Shown: positions 49,242-60,036, counted from the first letter of the stretch. The stretch is 64,000 nt of DNA from an uncultured virus (IMG/VR IMGVR_UViG_2049941000_000847) (IMGVR_UViG_2049941000_000847); one strand, 5' to 3'. The notes: generated by a model not told the origin, from the sequence alone. Numbers and translations: made by a program.

Positions 49242-50276
49242 CTACTGTTTTTCGTCCACCATAAGAGCGCCGGCGTAGTCTCTTGTCTTTTCAAGGTCTT
49301 TGTTGTATCTTTCCTTGAGGTCCGCGATTTCTTTCAGTTTTTCCGGTGACATGTCTCCTGTATCAACATTGTTCTGGTCGGCGTTGGCGGTTCCTTCGAC
49401 ACCAGCTTCGGCGTCCTTGGCTTCTTTTTCGCCTTCTTCGACGGCTTTTCTAAGACTCTCGTTGTCGTTCTTCAATGCGTTGATGTTGCTCAGGTGCACA
49501 TCAAACTCTTCCGGCTTTGTATTCTGTCCAAGATCCATGGTAACGAGCCCATTCATGCCGGTATCTGTGTTGTTGACGGCATCGGCTTCCATTATGGCGG
49601 CGATGGCGGCGTTTATGGCATCGGTGAGTTCCTGGTCGTCTTCATTTCCTGTGCCGATCATGTCCATGAAGTTTTTCATGTGCTTCTGAAGCCACTCTTC
49701 CCTGTCTTCGCAATGATGATGATGACCGTGATGATGGTGTTCGCCGTCGTGGCAGCAGTTGTCTCCACCGCAGCACTTCTTCGCCTTGGTCTTCCCTATG
49801 TAAACGTCGTTCTTCTTGCCGTTGTTTGTGATGTAGTTGTTCACGATAACCTTCGCACCCTTCGTGAGCGCGTCGATTATGTCGGCGTTTTCGTCCGTTT
49901 TCAGGGATTTTCCGAGGAAATCGATTTCCTCGTCGTAGTCGATTTCGTTATCGTCGTCAACGGGTCTCTTCACGGATTCTCCGGCCATTCCACCGCCGAC
50001 GCTGCCGTCGCAGCTACCGAATCCACCGGCCATGCCACCGGCTCCCATTGCCCCGAATCCAAGCGGAGTGGCGGGACCGTACNNNNNNNNNNAGTACACG
50101 AGCGGAGGCAGGGAATACAAGGGAATGTCAGTCATAGACATGTTCGAGACCATCAAGGGATGGGCGACGTGCTTCGAGAGCATTTGCTCGACGTTCTCGG
50201 CNNNNNNNNNNTCAAGAATGTCTCCGGGATCGCCTGGCGTATGCGTTTTAGCAATCATTCTATCTTTCTTCGACAT
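49242..50276 (-). CDS. Acidic protein with His/Cys cluster and two internal leader-like helices (interrupted by gaps and a misplaced fragment at 50094-50201)
   Basis: EIDFLGKSLKTDENADIIDALTKG; KKCCGGDNCCHDGEHHHHGHHHHC; NFMDMIG..ELTDAINAAIAAIMEA. Confidence 0.65.
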   Translation of the reverse strand: MSKKDRMIAKTHTPGDPGDILXXXXAENVEQMLSKHVAHPLMVSNMSMTDIPLYSLPPLVYXXXXYGPATPLGFGAMGAGGMAGGFGSCDGSVGGGMAGESVKRPVDDDNEIDYDEEIDFLGKSLKTDENADIIDALTKGAKVIVNNYITNNGKKNDVYIGKTKAKKCCGGDNCCHDGEHHHHGHHHHCEDREEWLQKHMKNFMDMIGTGNEDDQELTDAINAAIAAIMEADAVNNTDTGMNGLVTMDLGQNTKPEEFDVHLSNINALKNDNESLRKAVEEGEKEAKDAEAGVEGTANADQNNVDTGDMSPEKLKEIADLKERYNKDLEKTRDYAGALMVDEKQ

Positions 50277-50313
50277 GGTAAATTCCGGTTGCTACAAAAC
50301 CTTCTATCGTATG

Positions 50314-50327
50314 TAGTTTATAAACTA
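50314..50327. promoter_or_regulatory. Palindromic bidirectional late-promoter motif TAGTTTATAAACTA
   Basis: Perfect 14-bp palindrome between divergent genes 50276(-) and 50355(+). Confidence 0.8.
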
Positions 50328-50354
50328 TTAGCGTCTACCACAACGGATTAGCAG

Positions 50355-51851
50355 ATGGCTGCCAGCTTCGAAATCTACAAATATTGCGGAAAAGATTGCG
50401 CCTTCGGTAACCTGGTTTCGAGCATAGGCATTAAACGCATTGACAGCGCGGTTCCTGCCGTGTATGGTATGCCTGTCATGCCAGGAGACGACAAAACCGA
50501 CGCGAATACGTACTGCATCTACCGTCCGGACGATCCGAAGGAAACCGCGTATTCGTTCGAGAGCGTGTTCAAGCTGAAGCTGAAGGAGCCTCCTTCGACG
50601 CAGTTGAGCAATATACGTATTTATCCTGCCGGCGACAGACCTTCTGATGAAAAGCTCCCAGTGCTGAGCATAGGCTGTTCTCCTGTATATACGAGACCTA
50701 CGAACACGAAATCTTTGGTCGCCGTCCACGATATATGGTCGTTCAGCAAAGAAAACCCGTTTTACGTGACTGTCGGAGGTACATTCGGGCAATACGTCTC
50801 CAAGCAGGTTCCGGTGCAGGAATACAGATTGACAGTGCACGACATCGGCATGGGAGACCTCATATACCTCAACGAGGAACGCCAGGTAACCGTCGATATC
50901 GTGAAAGGCCGTGAATACACGTTCGTCGACTACACGCACGGTCTCATCGACCTCACTTTCTTCGACAGCGAAAGCGGAGAGAAGATCGAGGATGAGTTCG
51001 TGGAAAAGAAGCTGGTCGGTGCCAGAATGGTCACCACTCTGAAGGTGACTGAAAAAATGCTGCGCCACCACCCGAAAGGGTTGAGATATGGTGCTCCGGA
51101 CAACGCCGAAATAGGCGGATTTGTGGACATCATCGACCTTTCAAACAATCCCACTCAGATGATTGAGTACGAAGTCGGAATCGCTCCGGTCGGTCCAATT
51201 CGCGGTCCGATGCCGCCTGTTCCTCCTACGATACCAAATTTCCCGCCTCCTGGCGTAATCCACATGCATCCTCAGCCGGCCCCGGTTCCTCCGGGTCCGC
51301 ATCCTGGACCTCGCCCGGGTCCAATGCCTCCTGGTCCGATTCCTCCAGGACCAATTCCTCCGGGACCGTTCCCACCAGGTCCGCAGTACGTGTACACGCT
51401 CAATGGAATGAGGCAGCCTAATCTGAACTTCCTCGAGTACAACGTGTACAAGTTCATCAACCCGTACGGCAATGTCGCACCTCTGCGGTTCCTGGACAAC
51501 CCGAGGTCTCCTGTGGCTTCTCGTGAAAGCGAGATAGTCATCGACGGCATAACCGTCGTCGACGGTGCGACCGAAAACGAAGTCATTTACGTCAATCCGT
51601 CTGCCGCTAAGAAGGCCGGGCACCCGATCATGTCGTACCAGTCGACTCGCGCGATCGGCATGGGAGGGCGTATCACGAACATAAACACGTCGCTGTGCGG
51701 AAAGTACAATATGGACACGGTCAACGGAGGCACGGCGGACCCGAACCATGCCGGGGAAACAGACTACATCTATTTGCAGCTTTCGGTTCCCGGTGACGCC
51801 AGCGTTGGCCAGGTGGTTCCAGACCTTGTAATAGAGTACGACGAGAACTAG
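50355..51851 (+). CDS. Probable virion structural protein with Pro-Gly-rich insert
   Basis: YSFE..KLK..SNIRIY and C-terminal TDYIYLQL.V..IEYDEN; PPGP repeats at ~51210-51385. Confidence 0.6.
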   Translation: MAASFEIYKYCGKDCAFGNLVSSIGIKRIDSAVPAVYGMPVMPGDDKTDANTYCIYRPDDPKETAYSFESVFKLKLKEPPSTQLSNIRIYPAGDRPSDEKLPVLSIGCSPVYTRPTNTKSLVAVHDIWSFSKENPFYVTVGGTFGQYVSKQVPVQEYRLTVHDIGMGDLIYLNEERQVTVDIVKGREYTFVDYTHGLIDLTFFDSESGEKIEDEFVEKKLVGARMVTTLKVTEKMLRHHPKGLRYGAPDNAEIGGFVDIIDLSNNPTQMIEYEVGIAPVGPIRGPMPPVPPTIPNFPPPGVIHMHPQPAPVPPGPHPGPRPGPMPPGPIPPGPIPPGPFPPGPQYVYTLNGMRQPNLNFLEYNVYKFINPYGNVAPLRFLDNPRSPVASRESEIVIDGITVVDGATENEVIYVNPSAAKKAGHPIMSYQSTRAIGMGGRITNINTSLCGKYNMDTVNGGTADPNHAGETDYIYLQLSVPGDASVGQVVPDLVIEYDEN

Positions 51852-51860
51852 GTACACGAG

Positions 51861-53666
51861 ATGATTCTTCCTCTCCAGGAAATGATCGATACCGCGGCCC
51901 AGCCGTATGTTGACGGCGCGGACTACGATTCGTCTACTTACTGGGGAGCAGAGAAGACATTCGCCGAGACGTTCGCGGATTCTATCGACAAAGCCGTAAG
52001 CACGATACATTCCAAGTCTTGCACGGACCGGATAAAGGAGCTCTTCCCGAGCGTGACCGAGAAGGTCGAAGGCGTATACGACACGCTTTACAACAAGCTG
52101 AACGTCGGTTACGCCTTGCAGCTCATCGGAGAGAACACTCCATTCCTTAGCTACGGAGAAGGAGACTTCAGCATCTGCGTCACGTTCTCGATGTGGTGGA
52201 GATACATACGCTTCTATCTCGACAGCATTCTGAAGACCGCGCTTGTGATGTTCAAGAAGATCGACAAGGCAAGGGAACTCATAGAAGAGTCGATGATAGA
52301 CTTGATATATGCGATCAAGAACTGCATAATCGAAGTCATAATGAAACTGAAGGCCGACCTGAACGCGCTGGTCAACAAGATATTCGACTTCAGCGTGTTC
52401 CTCGACATATTCGTCGACTGCCCGTGCCTGCTGAGCCTGTTCTCCAACATGCTCGGATGCGAACTTCCGGCCGACGGGAACGTGAACGACAAGGCGAACG
52501 CGCTCATGCAGTGCATAAAAGATTCGCTGCCGTTCAACGAAAACGACATCAACAAGGTCATAAACGAAACCGTGTACGCGATGACGGCAGGTTTCATAGA
52601 TCCGCTGTTCAAGAACTACGAAACGCTGATAAGACTTCTCATGTCGGCTTTGATATATCCGTTCAGGGCGCTCATCCGCATGTACATAAACCTGCTCACG
52701 AAAAAGATAGACGTGACCACGATGATAGACGCTCTCGGATCGGCTGAATGCTTCTTCGTCTACACGAACGAGTACACGAGCGGAGGTAGGGAATACAAGG
52801 GAATGTCAGTCATAGACATGTTCGAGACGATCAAGGGATGGGCGACGTGCTTCGAGAGCATTTGCTCGACGTTCTCGGCCGACATAAGGAACGAAATAAA
52901 GAAATATAACAAGGAATTCCGCATAAGCGACAAGTACTGGAACGACGTGTATGCCATGGACCTGTACCAGGCATGCATATCCACCAAGATCCAGGCGAGG
53001 CAGACGACCGGGACGTATTTGCGAGAATTGGCATGCAACAACAGTGAAGGAGGCAGCATTTCGATGATGAACGAGCTCGCCTCGTCCGGTGCATACAGGC
53101 TGAACGTGGAAATGGCGACGAACGTTCCGGCTCCGTCCGACAAATATGCGAGCAAGATGCCCAGCAAGTACGGAGCGGTCGCTCGGTCGTACGAGTTTAG
53201 AAACGGACCAGACACGGAGACCAGCAACGTGTCGATGAACCCGAACGGGAAGCAAATTCCGACCACCGGAATCGAAAACTCGTTGACAGAAATGGCAAAG
53301 AACCTTGGAACATACGCCCCTACAGACACTTTCTACGAGGAGGCCCTCCTCAATTACGCGAACGCGCTTTCAGGATACCGCAAGGGGAAAGACCTGTACA
53401 AGGCGCTCACGGAAGCGGATTCCAGCGGAGCCGACGCCATGAGAAGGCCGAATTCCACTCCGAAGACCGTTTCCATGCCGAAATTCAAGAAAAACTCGGA
53501 TGCCGAGTACGAAAACGAAGGGTACATCAAGTACCCGAACTACACCATCGAGGACGACTATTCCGAGGACGCCGTCAACACCATATTGGACAAGAAGATG
53601 CCGTATATGGGTAAGACGGACGACGTTGGTAAGTTCGTCGACGGCATGATAGCGGCGTTGACATAA
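51861..53666 (+). CDS. Hypothetical helical, Cys-containing protein (likely structural)
   Basis: 601-aa ORF in a late operon. Confidence 0.65.
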   Translation: MILPLQEMIDTAAQPYVDGADYDSSTYWGAEKTFAETFADSIDKAVSTIHSKSCTDRIKELFPSVTEKVEGVYDTLYNKLNVGYALQLIGENTPFLSYGEGDFSICVTFSMWWRYIRFYLDSILKTALVMFKKIDKARELIEESMIDLIYAIKNCIIEVIMKLKADLNALVNKIFDFSVFLDIFVDCPCLLSLFSNMLGCELPADGNVNDKANALMQCIKDSLPFNENDINKVINETVYAMTAGFIDPLFKNYETLIRLLMSALIYPFRALIRMYINLLTKKIDVTTMIDALGSAECFFVYTNEYTSGGREYKGMSVIDMFETIKGWATCFESICSTFSADIRNEIKKYNKEFRISDKYWNDVYAMDLYQACISTKIQARQTTGTYLRELACNNSEGGSISMMNELASSGAYRLNVEMATNVPAPSDKYASKMPSKYGAVARSYEFRNGPDTETSNVSMNPNGKQIPTTGIENSLTEMAKNLGTYAPTDTFYEEALLNYANALSGYRKGKDLYKALTEADSSGADAMRRPNSTPKTVSMPKFKKNSDAEYENEGYIKYPNYTIEDDYSEDAVNTILDKKMPYMGKTDDVGKFVDGMIAALT

Positions 53667-53736
53667 TTTCGATTTTTTATGCAGTGCTTTTATAAACTAT
53701 ATTCGTAGTGATTATCCAACCTAGAAGAGGTTCAAT

Positions 53737-55513
53737 ATGTCTCAGAAGCTAAGCGTTATGGAAGGCATCGAACAGATGCAGAAGGACATGGCGATCGTGG
53801 AATCAATAGTTAACGACACCATTGGTGAACAGAAGGCTGTCGAGGCCGAACGTCAGGCAAGCTATTCCCCAGTCGATGAGGATAGTTGGACCTCCGTCGT
53901 GGTCTCTGACACCGATGACAAGCAGCCCCGGCTCTATACGACACCCGTCGAAGAGCTCACGGACGAAGAAAAGAGCCTTGTCATCAGCGACTTCGCCAAG
54001 ATGATTCGTGACTTGCACAAGGAAACGATCACCCTTGCCGACATCACACCGATTGCCACTATCATCAAGGACAACCGCGGTCTCAAGCAGAACATCGAAG
54101 AGTTCATCAAGGGTGCCATTCTGCAGTCCGCCGAAAACCAGGACAGCGCCAAGTACGCCAGAGCCGGCCAGTCGACCGGTCTCAACATGGTAGAAGGCAA
54201 GCCTGCTCCCACCGAAGCCGACGCGAAGGTTCCTTCGCCTGCCGCTGGTGCCGGTGCCGATGCTCTCGGTGCAGCTTCCATCGGCGCTCCTGAAGGCATG
54301 ACCGTCGAAACCCCCGTTCCCGCCGAAGCCGAACCCGTCGAAGAACCCGCTCCCGAAGTGGACCCCGACGCCGCCGACCTCGCTGCCGTTCCCGGCATTG
54401 ACGGTGGTTCCGATTTCGAAGAAGCCCCCATTACCGCTCTCGACGTTCCGGAAGCTCCTGCCGCCGAAGAAGAAGCTCCTGCCGAAGAAGCTCCCGTCGC
54501 CGACGAAGTCGCTCCTGTTGAAGAAGCCGCTCCTGTCGAAGAAGCTCCTGCCGAAGCCGAACCTGTTGAAGAACCAGCTCCTGTCGAAGAAGAAGCTCCG
54601 GTTGAAGAAAAGGCCGAAGTCTCCGAAGAAGTGAAGGAAGACGGTGAAGGCGACGAAGAAGAAAAGGTGGAAGAAGAAGACGATGAAGTATTCGAATCCA
54701 TCAAGGCCAAGATGAGCGCCGCCTGCAAGGGTGGTGCCTGCAAGAAGGCCAATTACGCTCCCGAAGCCGCCGAACGCGCTCTTCGCGCCCGTCTTGAAGC
54801 CATTGCTGCCGACTATCATCGCAAGGAAGAACGGAAGAAGCTCCTGGAATCCGCGATAAGCAAGGCCAAGAAGACCCTCCAGGAAGGCGTTGAAGACAAG
54901 AGACGCGCTCGTCTCGAAGCCGCCGTCGCCAAGGCCAAGGCTGCTCGCAAGGCCAAGGAAGATGCTGAAAAGATGGAATGCGAAAAGGCCGCCAAGAAGC
55001 AGGCCAAGCTCGACGCCGCGATCAAGGGTGCCAAGAAGGCAATCGCCAAGGAAAAGGGTGCCGAAATGGAAAAGTCCATCGCCGAAGCTCGCGAAGCCCA
55101 GGCAAAGCGTTCCGCCATCGCGGAAGCAATTGCCAAGGCCAAGCGTGCCGTGATGGAAGGTGAGGAAGATGGTGACATGCCCATGGACGAATGCCGTGGA
55201 AAGGGTTGCTTCAAGGGCAACAAGAACGAAGGTATCGTCGATGCGATCAAGGGCTTCCTCAGCAAGAAGGCCAAGACCGACGCCGTCGCCAACGTTCCCG
55301 GCATGCCCAAGTCCGGTCTTATCGGCGGTGGTGTCAAGGAGCTGAACGCCGACTACGTCAAGAAGGCTGAAGCCCTCAGAAAGGCCCGCATTGCCCAGGC
55401 CGTCGCAGACGCCAAGAGCAAGAAGTTCGAACTGGACCTCACCAAGCAGAAGCTGATGGAAGCCAATAAGAGATTCAATAAGGCTGTCGCCAAAAATCGC
55501 CTGGAGGGTCTCC
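53737..55513 (+). CDS. Ala/Glu/Pro/Lys-rich scaffold-like internal head protein (3' end in gap)
   Basis: PAEE/APVEE repeats, then Ala/Lys helices; repeated VMEG, IVES, VFES, RLEA, LLES, LQEG, LMEA sites; strongly biased codons; late motif at 53691. Confidence 0.7.
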
Positions 55514-55819
55514 ANNNNNNNNNNCACCACATACGCGATCGAGCGCGACATCGGTTTCGATTTTGTCATAACCACGAAGCCTGCTGCTCTCACCGGAAAG
55601 ATGTACGAGCTGTGCCTCGGAGAAGAGGACATCGTGCAGGCCGTCGCATACGGCGCTCTTCCGATCTGCGGAGTGGACGACCTCGAACCAGATGCCGAAC
55701 ACGTTTCCAAGGCGGCNNNNNNNNNNGAAGTCCGTCAAGGAACAGGAAGAACTTCTTAACAAGAAGGGTGAGATCCTTGGAGGCAACTCCTAGATCATAA
55801 TAAGCGGATAATCCTACAC

Positions 55820-55849
55820 GAAAACGTCGGGTAACACCGGCGTTTTTCG
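55820..55849 (+). terminator. Terminator hairpin
   Basis: AAAACGTCGG-GTAACA-CCGGCGTTTT. Confidence 0.6.
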
Positions 55850-55912
55850 TTTATCCACAAAAACCGTAACACGACCGGCCGAAAAATACTATATTATGCC
55901 TGAGGTGATAAA

Positions 55913-56404
55913 ATGCCAGAAGAAAATACCAAAAACACGCTGAATTTCGAAGGAATCCTATCCAAGCACTCCTACAAGTGCGACAAGGGAGGAAACGTCT
56001 ATGTCGTTATGGGACTTAGATTTACGTCCGGTACCGGCGTCCAGCACTTCCTAGAGCCGCTGGAAAGAATCGTCGGTGGCGGGAAGATCAAGACCCTGTT
56101 CGACAATGGAAGCACAGACATTTGCTGGAACAAGGTCTCCATCGACCTGAAGGAATACGCGAACCGCGACGTGGTCGTGGTTTTCGACGAAAACGAGTTC
56201 GACGCCAGTCTGGTCGGTATCAACATCTCCCGAAAGATGAAGAAGGATACCGAAGTGTTCCAGTACGACATCATCCTCAGCAAGGAAGTCGGTGAGAACA
56301 ACTGGGACAGCACATTCGCTTCCAGTTATCTCAACCACAAGGAACCGGACGAAAACGGCAAGGACAAGATCGTCTATTATCCGATCGAAATCACCATGGA
56401 GTAG
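55913..56404 (+). CDS. Hypothetical protein
   Basis: GAGGT RBS; AAAATACTATATT at 55883-55895. Confidence 0.7.
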   Translation: MPEENTKNTLNFEGILSKHSYKCDKGGNVYVVMGLRFTSGTGVQHFLEPLERIVGGGKIKTLFDNGSTDICWNKVSIDLKEYANRDVVVVFDENEFDASLVGINISRKMKKDTEVFQYDIILSKEVGENNWDSTFASSYLNHKEPDENGKDKIVYYPIEITME

Positions 56405-56407
56405 CCA

Positions 56408-56884
56408 ATGGCCGCCAAGGAAAAGCAGAGCGTTCTCAACCCAAATGTCGACATAACGAACGAGCGCATAATCAATCTGCGCGACTACATCAACACTACG
56501 TTCAACGCGTTCGACAGCGAGGGGAACCTCGACCTTGACAAGATGCAGAGAAACGTTGCATACAGCATCGGGAACATCTACACAGATTTCTCCGGGCTTC
56601 TCATGCAGGAACGTTTCAAGCTGGCCGAGGTCGAAGACGCTCTGAAGGCGGTCAAAGCCACCGCTCTGCTGGAGATCAAGAAGAACCAGCAGTTCCAGCT
56701 GAATTACAAGGAACTCGATGTCGTGTTGGCCGCCCATCATGATGTCCGCGAGAAGCAGCTTGAATTCGACAAGCAGAGCGCTTACGTGGACTTCCTCGAC
56801 AGAGCTGTCAAGCAGATCGGATATTACGCCAACGGCGTCAGAACCATCTTCCAGCGCGAAGAAATCAAGAACGGGGGCTATTGA
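56408..56884 (+). CDS. UvsY-like recombination mediator (tentative)
   Basis: Size and helical pattern (DLD..; KELDVVL; VDFLDRAVKQI..G..I) resemble T4 UvsY. Confidence 0.5.
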   Translation: MAAKEKQSVLNPNVDITNERIINLRDYINTTFNAFDSEGNLDLDKMQRNVAYSIGNIYTDFSGLLMQERFKLAEVEDALKAVKATALLEIKKNQQFQLNYKELDVVLAAHHDVREKQLEFDKQSAYVDFLDRAVKQIGYYANGVRTIFQREEIKNGGY

Positions 56885-57192
56885 TGGATCGAGACGGAAT
56901 GAAAATCACTCTTGTGGCGATCGTAATCGTCGTTCTCGTTGTCGCCATCGCATTCGCTGGCAACAAGGGAACTAGGGCCATCAAGAACATCCAGTCGAAT
57001 TACGCCAACCTGGACCGAGATGTTTTGGTGATCAATTCGTTTACCGGCGACACCCTGTTCAAGTACAGCGGCCCGTGCTATTTCGATACGGAAAGAGGCG
57101 GGGCGGTTTCGCTCATCTACGAACGAAACGGCAAGCAATTCAAGGCAGACTGGGCGGGAACCGGGTTCGTGTTCTTTGCCAATGAAAAGTAG
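56884..57192 (+). CDS. Membrane-anchored small protein
   Basis: N-terminal hydrophobic segment; LDR.V.VINSFTG..LF.YSG. Confidence 0.6.
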   Translation: MDRDGMKITLVAIVIVVLVVAIAFAGNKGTRAIKNIQSNYANLDRDVLVINSFTGDTLFKYSGPCYFDTERGGAVSLIYERNGKQFKADWAGTGFVFFANEK

Positions 57193-57204
57193 GAGTACGC
57201 GTCG

Positions 57205-57828
57205 ATGGACAAGAATACCGACCTTGAAAAACTTCTCGGGCTCCCGATCGGATCCACTCGCAATGGCGAGAAGGACCTGAACAATACGATCGCCCGTGGC
57301 ATCGCAAGAAAGACCAAGGAACTGGTCGACGAGGACTCCAAGCTCTCCGGTGCCGAAAGGCTTCATACGACGGAGCTTGTGAAGTACGGCTATACCAAAG
57401 AAGGAATCGAAGAAGGCAAGGCTCTTGTCATGGAGCAGGCCACCCAGACCATCGACATCGCCCGTGCTCTCGTGGACAAGTTCATGGACGAGATACTCGG
57501 ACAATACAGCCCTGGAGACAAGCTCTACACCGCCGGTGCGAAGCTGGTCGACTCTTTGACAAATTCGATTTCCTCGCTCAGTGCCATTGTTCTGAAGATG
57601 GAGCAGCAGGAGCAGAAGAAGAAGGAACTCGAGCTCAAGGAGCAGGAAAAGAAGGAAATTGAAACGAGAGCGGACGGAACCAAGGTGGCTTCCATGGGAC
57701 CGAAAGAATGGCTGGACTTCGTTCGCGGCGTCCAGAACAACGAGATAAACGTGGCCGTGAAGGAACTTCCCGCGACCGAAGAAGAATCGACTGAAGAATC
57801 AACCGAAGAATCCGCCGAAGAGGAATAA
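57205..57828 (+). CDS. Hypothetical coiled-coil protein
   Basis: AGGAG RBS; acidic tail. Confidence 0.65.
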   Translation: MDKNTDLEKLLGLPIGSTRNGEKDLNNTIARGIARKTKELVDEDSKLSGAERLHTTELVKYGYTKEGIEEGKALVMEQATQTIDIARALVDKFMDEILGQYSPGDKLYTAGAKLVDSLTNSISSLSAIVLKMEQQEQKKKELELKEQEKKEIETRADGTKVASMGPKEWLDFVRGVQNNEINVAVKELPATEEESTEESTEESAEEE

Positions 57829-57831
57829 ACA

Positions 57832-58968
57832 ATGCAGACAAATGAATGTGAACGTATCGCCATCATCGGCGACACCCACTTCAACAGAAAGGCGGAAAAC
57901 CCGCTTATCCGTCGCAACATCGCCAACGGACAGAAGGCGTTTTTCGAGAAGACCATCGCCGAGCTGAAGGAGAAGGGAGTACATACCGTCATCTTCACGG
58001 GCGACATCTTCGACAACAGGCAGATACTGGACATTCAGTCGATCAACGACACGATCAAGCTGTTCAGAGACGACATGCGTGACTTCGACGTTAGAATCGT
58101 GCTCGGCAACCACGACCTGTATTACGAAAATTCGTACGATACGAGCAGTCTCTCGATTCTGGAAAACCTGCCAAATGTAAGGGTTTACAGGAACGGCATC
58201 GAAGAGGACGAAATCATCGGATACCGGTTCGTTTTCTTCCCGTGGATCATTCCGGACGCCATGCCGGAAGCTGTGAAGAAGCTGGAGGAAATGGCGAACG
58301 AACCCGCCGACGTGAAGCACAAGACAGTCATCGTCGGCCACTTCGACATCATGGGCATGGTCATGGAAGGCAAGAACATCTCCGTGGAAGGCATGGATAG
58401 GAACATGTTCTTCAAAGCGGCGAGACTCACCATTTCCGGACACTACCATGGGCAGAGCCACGTCAGGTCGACCGATTCCACCATCATTTACGTCGGTTCC
58501 CCGTACCAGATGACGTTCAACAACGTTGGCGAAAAGCACGGATATTGGGTCATGGAATCTTCCGGAAAATTCAGTTTTACTGAAAATACCGTATCTCCAA
58601 AGTTCGCAGATGTGTGGGATACCGACGACCTAGACAATCTACCGGATCTCGGGAACTGCTTCGTCAGGCTGTATTCGTCCAACGAAAACACCGCTGAGCA
58701 GGACTTCAACAACAAGATACGAGTCGAGGTGAAAAAACCTATATTGATAAGGCACGTTCCCTACGACAAGGACTGTGCCGAGATCGAGGAAGAAGACCAA
58801 CCTGAAGGCGTCGAAAGCGCCGGGAAGATACTGAAGATGAACATACGGAGTCTGTCGGAATTATATATCGACAACAACGAAGACTCTCTGCCTTCCCTTA
58901 CGTCTGGAGATGACGCCAGAAAGGTGGTTCTCAAGCAGATCGACGAGTACGAAAAGAACATCCTATAG
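57832..58968 (+). CDS. gp47/SbcD (Mre11-like) recombination endonuclease subunit
   Basis: GDTHF, GDIFDNR, GNHD, FPWI, GHFD, SGHYH, YVGSPYQMTF. Confidence 0.92.
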   Translation: MQTNECERIAIIGDTHFNRKAENPLIRRNIANGQKAFFEKTIAELKEKGVHTVIFTGDIFDNRQILDIQSINDTIKLFRDDMRDFDVRIVLGNHDLYYENSYDTSSLSILENLPNVRVYRNGIEEDEIIGYRFVFFPWIIPDAMPEAVKKLEEMANEPADVKHKTVIVGHFDIMGMVMEGKNISVEGMDRNMFFKAARLTISGHYHGQSHVRSTDSTIIYVGSPYQMTFNNVGEKHGYWVMESSGKFSFTENTVSPKFADVWDTDDLDNLPDLGNCFVRLYSSNENTAEQDFNNKIRVEVKKPILIRHVPYDKDCAEIEEEDQPEGVESAGKILKMNIRSLSELYIDNNEDSLPSLTSGDDARKVVLKQIDEYEKNIL

Positions 58969-58976
58969 GAAAGACT

Positions 58977-60026
58977 ATGGCAAAGAAAACAAAGAAAGAA
59001 GAAGCAGTTGTAACAAATGACGCTACCGGATTCGTCCTCACGGACGAACTCAGGAAGATGGCGGAGAAGAAGCCGGTGTTCGACATCGTGTGCGTCTCCG
59101 ACCGCAACTCGGTGCTTTATCCGTTCCGCGTGAGCGCGATCTGGAACGAGTTCACCGAGATATACAAGGGTCTGGCCGACATTTCGTGTGTAACGGTGTC
59201 CTCCGAGGCGTTCGCCAAGATGCCAACCGAAGAGATCGTCAAGCACAACACGATCGTGTTCGACAACTGCTGCGATTTCTATTGCCTGAAGAAGGCCACC
59301 GAAATTCGCGAAGCCGTTCTCAACGGCATCGATCCGGAATGGAAGGAAAAGATTTCCTCCGCCGGCAAGGACGCGAAGAAGGTCGCTGACGAACTCGACA
59401 AGAAGAAGAGCAGGGCGATGCGAATGATCTACTTCCTCGACGAATTCGTCTGGGAAGCTCCCGTCGGCCGCGTTCGCGACGTTCAGTCCGTGCAGGTAGT
59501 CGAGGGTCTTCTCAACGTGTCCGACGAAATCGTCGTTCCGACCGCCGAACTTCGCGAGGCTCTTACCCACTTCGGATTCGTAGGCGAAGACCGATCCATC
59601 GCCGTCGTTCCAAGCGGAGTGTCATGCTCGATGTACCCTCTCTTCCGCAACTTTGCGAAGGTCGGAACCGCCACCAAGCAGCTAGCCGAAAAGCCAAAGG
59701 TGCTGGTCAAGGGTCTCGAAATTCCAGACAACGTCCAGGAATTCATAATGAACAACTACAAGAAGATGGACATCACGGTGTGCTCGGTCGGCATGCTTAA
59801 CGAGCACCTGATGGGTCTTCTCCAGACTCGCAAGATCAAGCACATCTATCACTGGGCGAACCCGACCATCAACAAGGTCAACCTCATAACCACATACGCG
59901 ATCGAGCGCGACATCGGTTTCGATTTTGTCATAACAACGAAGCCAGCGGCTCTCACCGGAAAGATGTACGAGCTGTGTCTCGGAGAAGAAGACATCGTGC
60001 AGGCATTGCCCAGGCCGTCGCAGACG
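58977..60026 (+). CDS. Glycosyltransferase-like (GT-B) protein, N-terminal part; C-terminus probably at 61726-62184
   Basis: IYFLDEFVW, SDEIVVPTAELR, AVVPSGV; variant fragment 55525-55716 continues AYGALPIC. Confidence 0.5.
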
Positions 60027-60036
60027 NNNNNNNNNN

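Noticed and set aside
50094..50201. Inverted insertion or invertible segment inside the 49242 gene
   Set aside because: Near-identical to ~52771-52879 and flanked by 10-N gaps; scaffolding artefact; no invertase or inverted repeats seen.
53803..55710. Long antisense ORFs (also 43218-44327, 3932-5011, 2409-3407)
   Set aside because: Shadow ORFs produced by strong codon bias of the real genes on the opposite strand.
55525..55716. C-terminal extension of the 53737 protein
   Set aside because: Variant copy of ~59888-60005 (glycosyltransferase-like gene) between gaps, read out of frame.
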